Shown piece by piece: positions 1 through 8,860 of a stretch of DNA of 64,000 nucleotides (its first letter is position 1; every line of letters starts with the position of its first letter). Below the pieces are notes generated by a model that did not search any database, was not told the origin of the DNA, and worked only from the letters and a program-made list of their open reading frames with translations. Where the stretch lies: assembly GCA_965223795.1 (NCBI GenBank), contig CBDCXL010000002.1, positions 1,408,001 to 1,472,000 of the forward strand, in the 5' to 3' direction. Position numbers and translations under genes: made by a program. Source of the DNA: Nitrospinales bacterium. GTDB lineage: Bacteria; Nitrospinota; Nitrospinia; Nitrospinales; VA-1.

Positions 1-179
1 CGCACGAAGGCAAGCACGTGCGGTTCCTGCCCTCGCTGTGGCGGCTGCGCAAACTGTTCGAGCGCACGTTCGAAGGCCCGGTGGACGTGTACGACGCGGT
101 GACGCTCAAACCCATCGAGCGCAAGGCGGACACCTGCCCCTCGACGCGCATCCTCATCGTCGCCCAGCGCAAAGGCTGA
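1..179 (+). CDS. 3' end of a CDS entering from outside the window (possibly a methyltransferase C-terminus)
   Basis: Frame 3 is open from the window edge with GC3-rich codons: HEGKHVRFLPSLWRLRKLF...ILIVAQRKG, stop TGA 177-179. Confidence 0.6.
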   Translation, partial: HEGKHVRFLPSLWRLRKLFERTFEGPVDVYDAVTLKPIERKADTCPSTRILIVAQRKG

Positions 180-204
180 GCACACCGATCATCAGAACAG
201 CGAT

Positions 205-948
205 TCAGCGTTTTTGTTTTTTAAGAGATGCGGCTTGGAAGTGGACGAATTTTTTCTTTTCCCAGAGCGGGCTCTGGCTGGGAATGAGGTACTTCACTTT
301 CGAGCCGCTGATCGAGGCGGCGTGGGCGAGCAGGGCGATACGCCAGCGGCCTTTGACCTTCTCCCAGTAATCGATGTGGGACTCCTCCACGTCGAACGCG
401 ATGTTGTCGCGCACCAGGGCGGGGTTGAGCTGTTCGCGCGCCTTGAGCTTGCCCACCACCATCGCGTGGCGGCCGTCCTCGCTGATGGAGACTTTTTCCA
501 GCGTGTAGCCGTTGACCTTGACGAAGGGATTGGTGAACCAGCGGTAACTGCGCGGCGCCGGGAAACCGAGCGCGTCCTTTTTTTCCGGATTCTTCTTGAT
601 GTAAGCGAGGGAGGGCATCAGACCGCCGGAAACGTGCTGGTCCGCGGTGTCGCGGTAGTCGTGCACCACGCGACCTTCGAAAAATTTGTATTCCTCCAGC
701 GACACCTTCTTTTGAAACTGCGGGTGCTGGTAGGCATAGAGCGATTTCCACTTTCCGGCCTGGCGCTTGGCAAAGTAGTCCTTCTGCAGCGCCGCGAGCG
801 TCCGGGCCTCCTTGAGCAGCTTGCCCCGGTCCGCCGCCTGCGCCCGGTCCGCCCCGGCCACCCACATCATCGCCGCAAGCGCCGCCAGCGTCAGCGCTGT
901 TGCCGTTGCCCTTTTCCACTCCGCCAGCCTGCCCTTTGATAAACGCAT
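205..948 (-). CDS. Secreted hypothetical protein
   Basis: 247-aa ORF with a signal-peptide-like N-terminus (ALTLAALAAMMWVAGADRAQA) and typical codon bias. Confidence 0.75.
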   Translation of the reverse strand: MRLSKGRLAEWKRATATALTLAALAAMMWVAGADRAQAADRGKLLKEARTLAALQKDYFAKRQAGKWKSLYAYQHPQFQKKVSLEEYKFFEGRVVHDYRDTADQHVSGGLMPSLAYIKKNPEKKDALGFPAPRSYRWFTNPFVKVNGYTLEKVSISEDGRHAMVVGKLKAREQLNPALVRDNIAFDVEESHIDYWEKVKGRWRIALLAHAASISGSKVKYLIPSQSPLWEKKKFVHFQAASLKKQKR

Positions 949-1061
949 ATGCCCTCATCTCCCGGAAAATAGTTTGTGCCGTCCCTCTGCTTAACGGCAG
1001 CCGGAGATGGGAGCTAAAGTGTGAATTTGAAAGGAAATTTCCAAGCGATGCAGCTTCATCA

Positions 1062-3175
1062 TCAAAACCTAAAGCGGAGGCCCGCACCGCCGCCGAAGTC
1101 GGAATGGTACTGCCCGATGAGCGACCAGTTTTTGTTGATCCACACGTCGCCGCCGGCAACCCATTCCTTTTTCGATTCGGTGTCGTACTCGAATTCGCCG
1201 AACACGCCGAACCGTTCGGTCAGGCGCAGGCTCTGCCCGATGGACACGCGCAACTCTCCTGCCGTGTCGATGCGCCACTGGCTCTCGAAGTTGAACGGCA
1301 GCAGGTAGCGCACGCCGAAGATGCCGCGTTCGTATTCATCGGTGAGGTTGACGCCGGCGAAGGCGGTGAAGAAGCGGGTGAAATAGCGGTCGTACGCCAG
1401 CTCGACGTCGTGCTCGGTGCCCTCCACATCCTGCCACCCCACCTCCCAGTGCGCGCTCAGGATGTTTTTCGAGTTGGCCGCGACCGCCGCGCCGTCGGTC
1501 ATGTGCGACTGGATCGTTCCGTCCACCCAGGCGTACCAGGGATCCTTGAACAGCAACGGGCGAATCGCCTGTAGTTCTGCATCGGTGACGATGTCCTCGT
1601 AATGGATCACCCGCGCCATTCCGGATTTGGCGTGATAGAGCACGTGGCAGTGAAAGAACCAGTCCTTATAGTCGTTGGCCTCGAATTCGATGATGCGCTG
1701 CGACATGGGCGGCACGTCCACGGTGTGCTTGAGCGGCGCGTGCGCGCCGCCGCCATTGAGCAGGCGGAAAAAATGGCCGTGCAGGTGCATGGGGTGGTGC
1801 ATCATGGTTTTGTTGACCAGGATGAAACGCACGTTCTCGCCGTGGCGGATGCGGATCGTGTTGTCCGGGCCGATCACTTCATCGTCGATCGACCAGATGT
1901 AGCGCTCCATGTCGCCGGTGAGCGTGAGCGTGACTTCGCGCACGGGATTGTTTGGCGGCAGCTCTGTCGGGCGCAGGGAACGCAGCCGGGCGTAGGGCGT
2001 GCCGGGCCGCGGCTCGTGGACAGGCCTGGCGTGTGTCGCTTTCATGGCGGGCATGCTCCTGGAATGGTGCATGCCCTGCATTTTGTCTTCCGGCATGGTG
2101 CCGTGCCTGTTCTGCGATGGCTGATTTTTTTTCATGGCGTGGCCGTGCATCGATCCGTGCATTTTGTAGAGATCGGGGCGCGGCACGGCGGGCGCGGCGA
2201 CGCGCGGGCCGCGGCCGATGAAGACGGAGGTATGGCCGGAGCCGTCCTGCGCCGTGGCGCGCAGCTCGTGAGCGCCGCCGGGCGGGACGGTCACAAGCAC
2301 GTCGTAGGTTTCCGCGATCGCCATCAGGAAACGGTCCCCGGTCAGCGGCTGCGTTTCGATGCCGTCCGCCGCCACGATGGTCACCGGCCCGCCGGCGAAC
2401 TGCAGGTGAAAGTAGGTGGACGCGGCGGCGTTGATGAAACGCAGGCGCACGGTGTCTCCCGGCTCGGCGGGGATGGGGTGTTCCGGCCTGCCGTTTGCCA
2501 GGAAACGGTCGTAGGCCACATCGGAGAGGTCCATCGGCGGCATGCGCCTGAGACCGCGGCGCAACGCCTGCATCAGCGCGCCGGACTGAGCCGCGCCCAC
2601 CAGGCTCTGCACGGTGCCCTTTTTATAACCTTGATAGTCGTTGCCGCTTTTCAGGGCGCGCAGGATCGCGTCCGGATCTTCGTCAGTCCAGTCGGACAGC
2701 ACCACCACCTCATCCCGGTCGGCGGCAATGCGTTCGCCCTCTCTCGGCGTGATCACGATCGCTCCGTAAACGCCGCGCTGTTCCTGCAGGTCGGTGTGCG
2801 AGTGAAACCAGTAGGTGCCGGACTGGATGAGCGGGAACTCGAAATGCACGGTGGCGCCCGGCTTGATGGGCGGGTTGTTGACGAACGGCACGCCGTCCTG
2901 GCGGTTGGGCAGCAGAATGCCGTGCCAGTGGATCGACGTGGGCACATCCAGCCGGTTGTGCACCTTGATTCTGGCGGTGTCGCCCTCGCGGAAACGCAGC
3001 GTCGGCCCCGGAATGGAACCGTTGAACGTCATGGCCCGCACATCGCGGCCGGTGAGGTTCACGGTCTTTGGCGCCGACGGTCAATTCGTAATTCACCACT
3101 TCGGCGAAGACCGGAAGCAGCGCTCTGTATGTAAAAAGCGATTAAAAATGCCAATGGCATTCGCAACCATTTCAT
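1062..3175 (-). CDS. CopA/CumA-like multicopper oxidase with a His/Met-rich linker and a C-terminal beta-barrel-like domain; 5' end has two frameshifts (intact ORF 1062-3062)
   Basis: Copper motifs HWHG, WFHSH, HPMHLHGH, HCHVLYH; C-terminal GLRFRF; the signal peptide MKWLRMPLAFLIAF (ATG 3175) and AEVVNYELTVG lie in two other frames. Confidence 0.85.
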
Positions 3176-3325
3176 GCCGCACCTCACTCACGCCGCGCGC
3201 ACGCGCACAGGACGGGTGTCCCAGGCGGTCACGGGCTGTGGAACCGGGCCGCGCGCTGAAGGTAAAGATCGAGCGGACCGATCCCGGAATCGGATCGAGA
3301 CTGTGAATCGCGTGTTGAGACCGGA

Positions 3326-3604
3326 TTACTGCTTTGGAGGGGGTGCAGCGGGTGCGGTGACGTAGGGTTCGAAGAAGTTCAAGGCTTCACCCGCCGCTTC
3401 GTGGAACGGCAAGATGCGCTTCGCTTCGGCCATGTCGATGGAGCCTGGAACGAAGCAGTGGGAGCAGGAAACCTGCTGCGCGCAGTCGGACGGATCCATG
3501 TGGTGCGTCGGCATGGCGGAGAGTTGGGCCGTCATGAAACAGAACGCCAGCACCGCGAAGGCAGCGACGAAGGAGAAGCGTTTGTTTTGTGATGAAGCGT
3601 GCAT
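3326..3604 (-). CDS. Small secreted Cys/His-rich, proline-tailed protein (DUF2946/CutF/CruR-like leader)
   Basis: Signal peptide, HHM...CAQQVSCSHC, C-terminal PAAPPPKQ; directly upstream of the copper oxidase. Confidence 0.7.
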   Translation of the reverse strand: MHASSQNKRFSFVAAFAVLAFCFMTAQLSAMPTHHMDPSDCAQQVSCSHCFVPGSIDMAEAKRILPFHEAAGEALNFFEPYVTAPAAPPPKQ

Positions 3605-3667
3605 GGTCCCACCGATGCGGGGTGATTCAAGTGTGTAAAATCAATATACGGCCGCAGGCGCGATCCG

Positions 3668-5509
3668 TCAACCTGCCGGCGCTTTTTCCGAAACCCGTTG
3701 TAAAATCGTCTCCGCGAGAGCGGGGGTGATGCCGGGCACGGCGGTGAGGTCGGCGACGGAGGCGGCGCGGATGTTTTCCAGGCTGCCGAACTGCTTGAGC
3801 AGCAGCACGCGGCGCTTCTTGCCGATGCCGGGGATGGATTCGAGCGGCGAGTCGAGCGTGTTCTTGCCGCGCAGCTTGCGGTGGTAGGTGATGGCAAAGC
3901 GGTGCGCCTCGTCGCGGATGCGCTGCAAAAGGAAGCGCGACGGCGAGTTCTCCTTGAACAGAATCGGCGTCTTCTGCCGGGTGAGCAGGACTTCGTCGGT
4001 GTCGAGGTTGTTCCGGTACTTGCCCTTGGCGATGCAGGCGAGGTCCACCTTGCCGGTGAGGCCGAGTTCTTCCAGCACGCTCGCGGCGGTGTTGAGGTGG
4101 CCGCGGCCGCCGTCGATGAGCACGCAGCTGGGCAGCGGCTTGCCTTCGTCCAGCAGCCTCCGGTAGCGGCGCTGCATTACTTCGCGCATCATGGCGTAAT
4201 CGTCGATGCCTTCGACGCGTTTGATCTTGTAGCGGCGGTAGGCCGACTTGTCGGCCTGGCCGCTCTTGAACACCACCACGGAGCCGACGGCGTGGTCGCC
4301 GGAGATGTTGGAGATGTCGAACCCCTCGATGGTTTCGGGATAGTTTTTCAACTCGAGCGCGTTCTGCAACTCCTCCAGCATGCGCGTGGCGGTTTCGCCC
4401 TTGTCGAGCTCGGTGCGCATGGCGAAGCGGGCGTTCTCCTCGGCCATCTTCACCAGCTCGCGTTTCTTTCCGCGCACGGGCACTTCCAGATGGACGCGGC
4501 TTTTTTTCCTGTCGCTGAGCCAGGCAGCGATGAGGTCGCCGTCTTCGACGCCGTGGGGCAGCAGGATCTCCTTCGGCAGCATCGGCTCTTCGGCGTAGTA
4601 CTGCTTGAGGAACGAGGACAGAATTTCGTTGTCCTCCATCTCGTTGGCGCTTTTCATCTTGAAGATCTTCTCGCCCACCATCTTGCCGTTGCGCACGGCC
4701 AGCACCTGCACCATGGCTTCACCGCCTTCGGCGCAGTAGCCGACGCTGTCCTGATCCTCGAAACCGGTGGAGACGATCTTCTGCTTGTCGAGCACAGTCT
4801 TGACGGCGGCGATCTTGTCGCGCAGCACCGCGGCTTCCTCGTAATGCTGCTTTTCCGAGGCCGCCGCCATGCGGCTCTTGAGGATGTCCGTGAGTTCGGA
4901 GTTTCTGCCCTTTAAAAACAGGATCACCTCCTGCACCACGCCGGCGTAATCCTCGGGCGTGATGTAGCCGGCGCAGGGCGCGTGGCAGCGGTTCATCTGG
5001 TAGTTGAGGCAGGGCCGCCGCTGCGGCTGGCCGTCGAGCGGGTCGCGGCTCTGCCGCAGCGGGAAGATCCTGTAGATAAGGCGCATGGTCTCACGCACTT
5101 CCTTGACCATGGTGTACGGGCCGAAATACGTTGCGCCGTCCTTTTTCACGCGCCGCACCACTTCCAGCCGGGGGTACAGCTCCTGGGTGGTGAGGCGCAG
5201 GTAAGGATACTGTTTGTCGTCGCGCAGGCACACGTTGTAGCGCGGCCGGTGCTTTTTGACGAAATTGCTCTCCAGGATCAGCGCCTCGGATTCGGTGCGC
5301 GTGGTGAGGAACTTGATGTCGCGCACCTTGGCGAGAAAGGTGCGGGTCTTGAGCGGCAGGTGGCGGGAGTTCTGAAAATACGAGCGCACGCGGCTGTTCA
5401 GCGATTTGGCCTTGCCGATATAAAGGATCGCATCCTTCGAATCCTTCATGATATAAATTCCCGGAAGTTTGGGAATTTTCTCGATGATGTCGCTGAGCTT
5501 GTCTTTCAT
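3668..5509 (-). CDS. uvrC: Excinuclease ABC subunit C
   Basis: GIY-YIG (PGIYIMKD..LYIGKAKSL), UVR domain, RNase H-like EGFDISN/LIDGG, C-terminal HhH GIGKKRR. Confidence 0.97.
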   Translation of the reverse strand: MKDKLSDIIEKIPKLPGIYIMKDSKDAILYIGKAKSLNSRVRSYFQNSRHLPLKTRTFLAKVRDIKFLTTRTESEALILESNFVKKHRPRYNVCLRDDKQYPYLRLTTQELYPRLEVVRRVKKDGATYFGPYTMVKEVRETMRLIYRIFPLRQSRDPLDGQPQRRPCLNYQMNRCHAPCAGYITPEDYAGVVQEVILFLKGRNSELTDILKSRMAAASEKQHYEEAAVLRDKIAAVKTVLDKQKIVSTGFEDQDSVGYCAEGGEAMVQVLAVRNGKMVGEKIFKMKSANEMEDNEILSSFLKQYYAEEPMLPKEILLPHGVEDGDLIAAWLSDRKKSRVHLEVPVRGKKRELVKMAEENARFAMRTELDKGETATRMLEELQNALELKNYPETIEGFDISNISGDHAVGSVVVFKSGQADKSAYRRYKIKRVEGIDDYAMMREVMQRRYRRLLDEGKPLPSCVLIDGGRGHLNTAASVLEELGLTGKVDLACIAKGKYRNNLDTDEVLLTRQKTPILFKENSPSRFLLQRIRDEAHRFAITYHRKLRGKNTLDSPLESIPGIGKKRRVLLLKQFGSLENIRAASVADLTAVPGITPALAETILQRVSEKAPAG

Positions 5510-5614
5510 GGGACGCTGTACTCCCCCAGCGGCGGGGATTTCGGGAAGCCTTCAAGTTTCTCTATCAATTATACCGGATCGGCGGGGAGCCCCGCTCCCA
5601 AAGGGGAATAATCA

Positions 5615-5923
5615 ATGAGAAATTGGCAACCGATCACGGAAGCAGAGTTGGCAAACCTGATTGAAAAAGAGCTAAAGCTTTGCTCTGCGGAGCAAAAGGA
5701 TATGTTCAACCGATTCAAGGTCCCGCTGAAAAAGCGCCCAATCGAACGATATGGAAAAACCGAACAGGTCTTTGTGGTAGCTCAAAATGGCAATGAAGTG
5801 ATGTATTGCGATGATGTGGATGAGGGTTTCAATATTTCCCCTGTATCGACAGACGGAAAAATTCTGGAGCACATCTGCAATCAGGACGGTATTAAACATG
5901 CGCTGCGCCACTGGAATGTATAA
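5615..5923 (+). CDS. Hypothetical protein, visibly AT-richer than its neighbours
   Basis: 102-aa ORF preceded by AAGGGG; overlaps the start of the next gene. Confidence 0.7.
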   Translation: MRNWQPITEAELANLIEKELKLCSAEQKDMFNRFKVPLKKRPIERYGKTEQVFVVAQNGNEVMYCDDVDEGFNISPVSTDGKILEHICNQDGIKHALRHWNV

Positions 5924-7370
5924 AATCTTCCTATTTTTGATCGTCTGTGCAGCAGGGCCCGCAGAGGCGGCTTCCGGCGAACTGGTCTGGGGCTCGGATG
6001 CGGAAGGCGGGGCGCCGTACGTGTATCCCGATCCTGAGAACCCGGATGTGCTGATCGGTTTCGAGGTCGATCTCGCGCAAGCGCTGGCGCGCGAGATGAG
6101 TCTGCGCGCGCGGCAGTTTCAGATCGACTGGTCGTCGCTGATCCCGGGATTGCTGCGCGGCGACTACGCCCTCGCGATGAACGGCATTGAGCGGACCGAG
6201 GCGCGGGCGCGCGAGGTGGCGTTCTCGCGGCCGTACTATATTTATGCGCAGCAGCTGGTGGTGCGCCAGGACGAAACGCGCATCGACTCGTTCGAGGACA
6301 TTGCCGGCATGCGGGTGGCGACGCTGGAGGGCACGGCGGCGCACGATCTGCTCAAACGGACGGCGGGCGTCGACATCGCTGTGTACGAGGGACAGGTGGA
6401 GCCTTACCGCGACCTGGAACTGGGCCGCGTGGACGCGGTGCTGCTGGACACGCCCATCGCGGCGCACTACGCGCGCGGCCATCCGAAGCTGCGCTACGCC
6501 GGGCCGCCGGTGGGCGAAGGGGTGTACGCCATCGCGCTGCGCAAGCAGGACACGGAACTGCTGACGCAGATCGACCGGGCGCTGCTGGCGCTGTGGCGCA
6601 GCGGCGAGCTGAAAACGATCTACACGCGCTGGGGCCTGTGGAACGCCGACCAGGAGCGGCTGTTCGACCCGGCGCGTCAGCCTGTCGCCGTGTCCGCGGG
6701 TGTGGACACGACGCGGATGCATGTCTACCTGCCGCTGCTGCTCAAAGGCGCGGGCATGACGGTGCTGCTATCGGTGACGGCGATGGTGCTGGCAATTATC
6801 TGGGGGCTTCTGCTCTGCCTGATGCGGCTGGCGGGCGGACCGCTGCTCAAGCCGGCCGCGGTGGCGGCGATCGAGATCCTGCGCGGCACGCCGCTGTTGT
6901 TGCAGCTCTATATCATCTATTACGGGCTGCCCAGCGTCGGCATCCGCCTGGACGCGTTCACGGCGGCGGTGCTGGGTCTCGGGCTCAACTACGCGGCGTA
7001 TGAGGCGGAGATCTACCGCTCCGGGTTGCAGTCGATCCCGTCAGGGCAGCGGGAGGCGGCGTTGTCGCTGGGCATGGCCGAGACCACGGTGTACCGGCGC
7101 ATCCTGATCCCGCAGTCGATCCGCGTGGTGCTGCCGCCGGTGACGAACGATTTCGTTTCGCTGTTCAAGGATTCCTCGCTGGTGTCGATCATCGCCATCG
7201 TCGAGCTGACCAAGGCGTACAACATGCTGGCGGTGTCCTCGCTGCGTTTTCTGGAACTGGGACTGCTGACGGCGGCGCTGTATCTCACGATGTCGGTGCC
7301 GCTTTCGCTTTTGTCCACCCGCATGGAGCGGCAATTGAAACGCCATGATCGTCGTCCGCAATCTGCATAA
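5916..7370 (+). CDS. Polar amino-acid ABC transporter, fused substrate-binding and permease protein
   Basis: Signal peptide [18 protein letters not shown] and FSRPYY of SBP family 3; RGTPLLLQL and EAA loop ([10 protein letters not shown]). Confidence 0.92.
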   Translation: MYKIFLFLIVCAAGPAEAASGELVWGSDAEGGAPYVYPDPENPDVLIGFEVDLAQALAREMSLRARQFQIDWSSLIPGLLRGDYALAMNGIERTEARAREVAFSRPYYIYAQQLVVRQDETRIDSFEDIAGMRVATLEGTAAHDLLKRTAGVDIAVYEGQVEPYRDLELGRVDAVLLDTPIAAHYARGHPKLRYAGPPVGEGVYAIALRKQDTELLTQIDRALLALWRSGELKTIYTRWGLWNADQERLFDPARQPVAVSAGVDTTRMHVYLPLLLKGAGMTVLLSVTAMVLAIIWGLLLCLMRLAGGPLLKPAAVAAIEILRGTPLLLQLYIIYYGLPSVGIRLDAFTAAVLGLGLNYAAYEAEIYRSGLQSIPSGQREAALSLGMAETTVYRRILIPQSIRVVLPPVTNDFVSLFKDSSLVSIIAIVELTKAYNMLAVSSLRFLELGLLTAALYLTMSVPLSLLSTRMERQLKRHDRRPQSA

Positions 7371-8100
7371 ACAGTTCGACGGCCAGCCGGTGCTGAAGGG
7401 CGTCGCGTTCGAGGTGGCGCGCGGTGAAGTGCAGGTGGTCATCGGCCCATCGGGCGGCGGCAAAAGCTCGCTGCTGCGCTGCATCGCCGGGCTGGAACCG
7501 TTCGAGCAGGGCAGCGTTGCGGTCGGCGGCGCGGAACTTGCGCCTGAGGATTCCAACCCACGCGGGAAAAAAGCGCGGGATGCGCTGCGAAAATACCGCA
7601 TGCAGGTGGGGATGGTGTTTCAGCAGTTTCATCTTTTCCCGCATTTGAATGTGCTGGAGAATCTGATGGAGGCGCCGGTGCAGGTGCTGGGGCTCGACGC
7701 CACGGCGGCGCGGGAGCGGGCGCGTGCGGTGCTGGCGCGGGTGAACCTCAGCGGATTCGATTTCCGCATGCCCGACACGCTGTCGGGCGGCGAGCAGCAG
7801 CGCGTCGCCATCGCGCGCACGCTCGCCATGCAGCCGGACTGCGTGCTGTTCGACGAGCCCACCTCGGCGCTGGACCCGGAAACGGTGGGCGACGTGCTCG
7901 CCGTGATGCGGCAGCTGGCGGACGACGGCATGACGATGCTGGTGGCGACGCACGAGATGGCGTTCGCCAAGGAGGTGGCGGACCGGGTGTGCATGCTGGA
8001 CGGCGGGACGCTGGTGGAGTCGGGGCCGCCGGGAGTGCTGTTCGAAAACCCGGAGAACCCGCGCACGCGCCATTTTCTCAAACGCGTCCTCCGCCCTTGA
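7345..8100 (+). CDS. Polar amino-acid ABC transporter ATP-binding protein (GlnQ-like)
   Basis: Walker [25 protein letters not shown]. Confidence 0.95.
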   Translation: MIVVRNLHKQFDGQPVLKGVAFEVARGEVQVVIGPSGGGKSSLLRCIAGLEPFEQGSVAVGGAELAPEDSNPRGKKARDALRKYRMQVGMVFQQFHLFPHLNVLENLMEAPVQVLGLDATAARERARAVLARVNLSGFDFRMPDTLSGGEQQRVAIARTLAMQPDCVLFDEPTSALDPETVGDVLAVMRQLADDGMTMLVATHEMAFAKEVADRVCMLDGGTLVESGPPGVLFENPENPRTRHFLKRVLRP

Positions 8101-8101
8101 A

Positions 8102-8231
8102 GGTACCTTTGCATAAGTCTACTTGTTACGGAGATTGAGATCCAATTGTCACCCTGAGCTTGTCGAAGGGTTCTAAGGAATGAGGCTTCGACAGGCTCAG
8201 CATGACAAAAAATGACTTATGCAAAGGTATC
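8102..8231. mobile_element. MITE-like element with 18-bp terminal inverted repeats and an internal REP-like palindrome
   Basis: GGTACCTTTGCATAAGTC (8102-8119) vs GACTTATGCAAAGGTATC (8214-8231), 1 mismatch; inner 23-bp arms 8146-8168 and 8186-8208. Confidence 0.7.
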
Positions 8232-8264
8232 TGTAAGAAGGCGTTCATTCATAAAGGAGCGATC

Positions 8265-8663
8265 ATGAAACGGATCAAGCAGGTCCTTCTGATCCGAAGG
8301 GATCTGAACATGCGGCGGGGCAAGGAAATCGCCCAGGGTTCGCACGCGGCCATCGGCTTTCTGGTGGAAAACCTGCGCGGCACGCTTGCGAAAAACCGGG
8401 CCACGGAGGTGATGCTGGAGTTGTCTCCCGATGAGGCCACCTGGCTGCTCGAGGGCATGGCCAAGGTCTGCCTCAAGGTGAATTCGGAGGCCGAGCTGGT
8501 GGACCTGCACAAGAAGGCCGAAGCCAGCGGGCTGCCCAGCCACCTTGTGCAGGACAGCGGCCGCACGGAGTTTCACGGCAGGCCGACGTTCACGGCCTGC
8601 GCCATCGGCCCGGCGGACGGCGCGGCCATCGACGCGGTGACGGGGGATCTGGTGCCGTACTGA
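8265..8663 (+). CDS. pth2: Peptidyl-tRNA hydrolase, Pth2 (archaeal/eukaryotic-type) family
   Basis: KQVLLIRRDLNMRRGKEIAQGSHA, KVCLKV, DSGRTE, TACAIGP, IDAVTGDL. Confidence 0.9.
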   Translation: MKRIKQVLLIRRDLNMRRGKEIAQGSHAAIGFLVENLRGTLAKNRATEVMLELSPDEATWLLEGMAKVCLKVNSEAELVDLHKKAEASGLPSHLVQDSGRTEFHGRPTFTACAIGPADGAAIDAVTGDLVPY

Positions 8664-8860
8664 ACCGGCTGCTTGGGTTTTACTCCGGACGGGCGCGCGA
8701 TTTTTTTCGCGGACGGTACCAAACGCGGCGCAATCGGGTTATACTTCCCACACCAGAAACGCACTCTTAAAATTATGAAAATGGGCAACGGCAGCCAACG
8801 TGGTTTTCGCGATGTGGCGCAACGATCGTTCGTCTTAGATAGGAAACAAACCTTCGACTT

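Noticed and set aside
1602..3134. Long antisense ORFs (also 8573-10246, 12686-13795, 13905-15536, 32643-34241, 55697-57682 and others)
   Set aside because: Shadow frames of GC-rich genes on the opposite strand, with no recognisable motifs.
8202..8264. N-terminal extension of Pth2 from ATG 8202
   Set aside because: It lies inside the MITE. The AAGGAG RBS supports ATG 8265.
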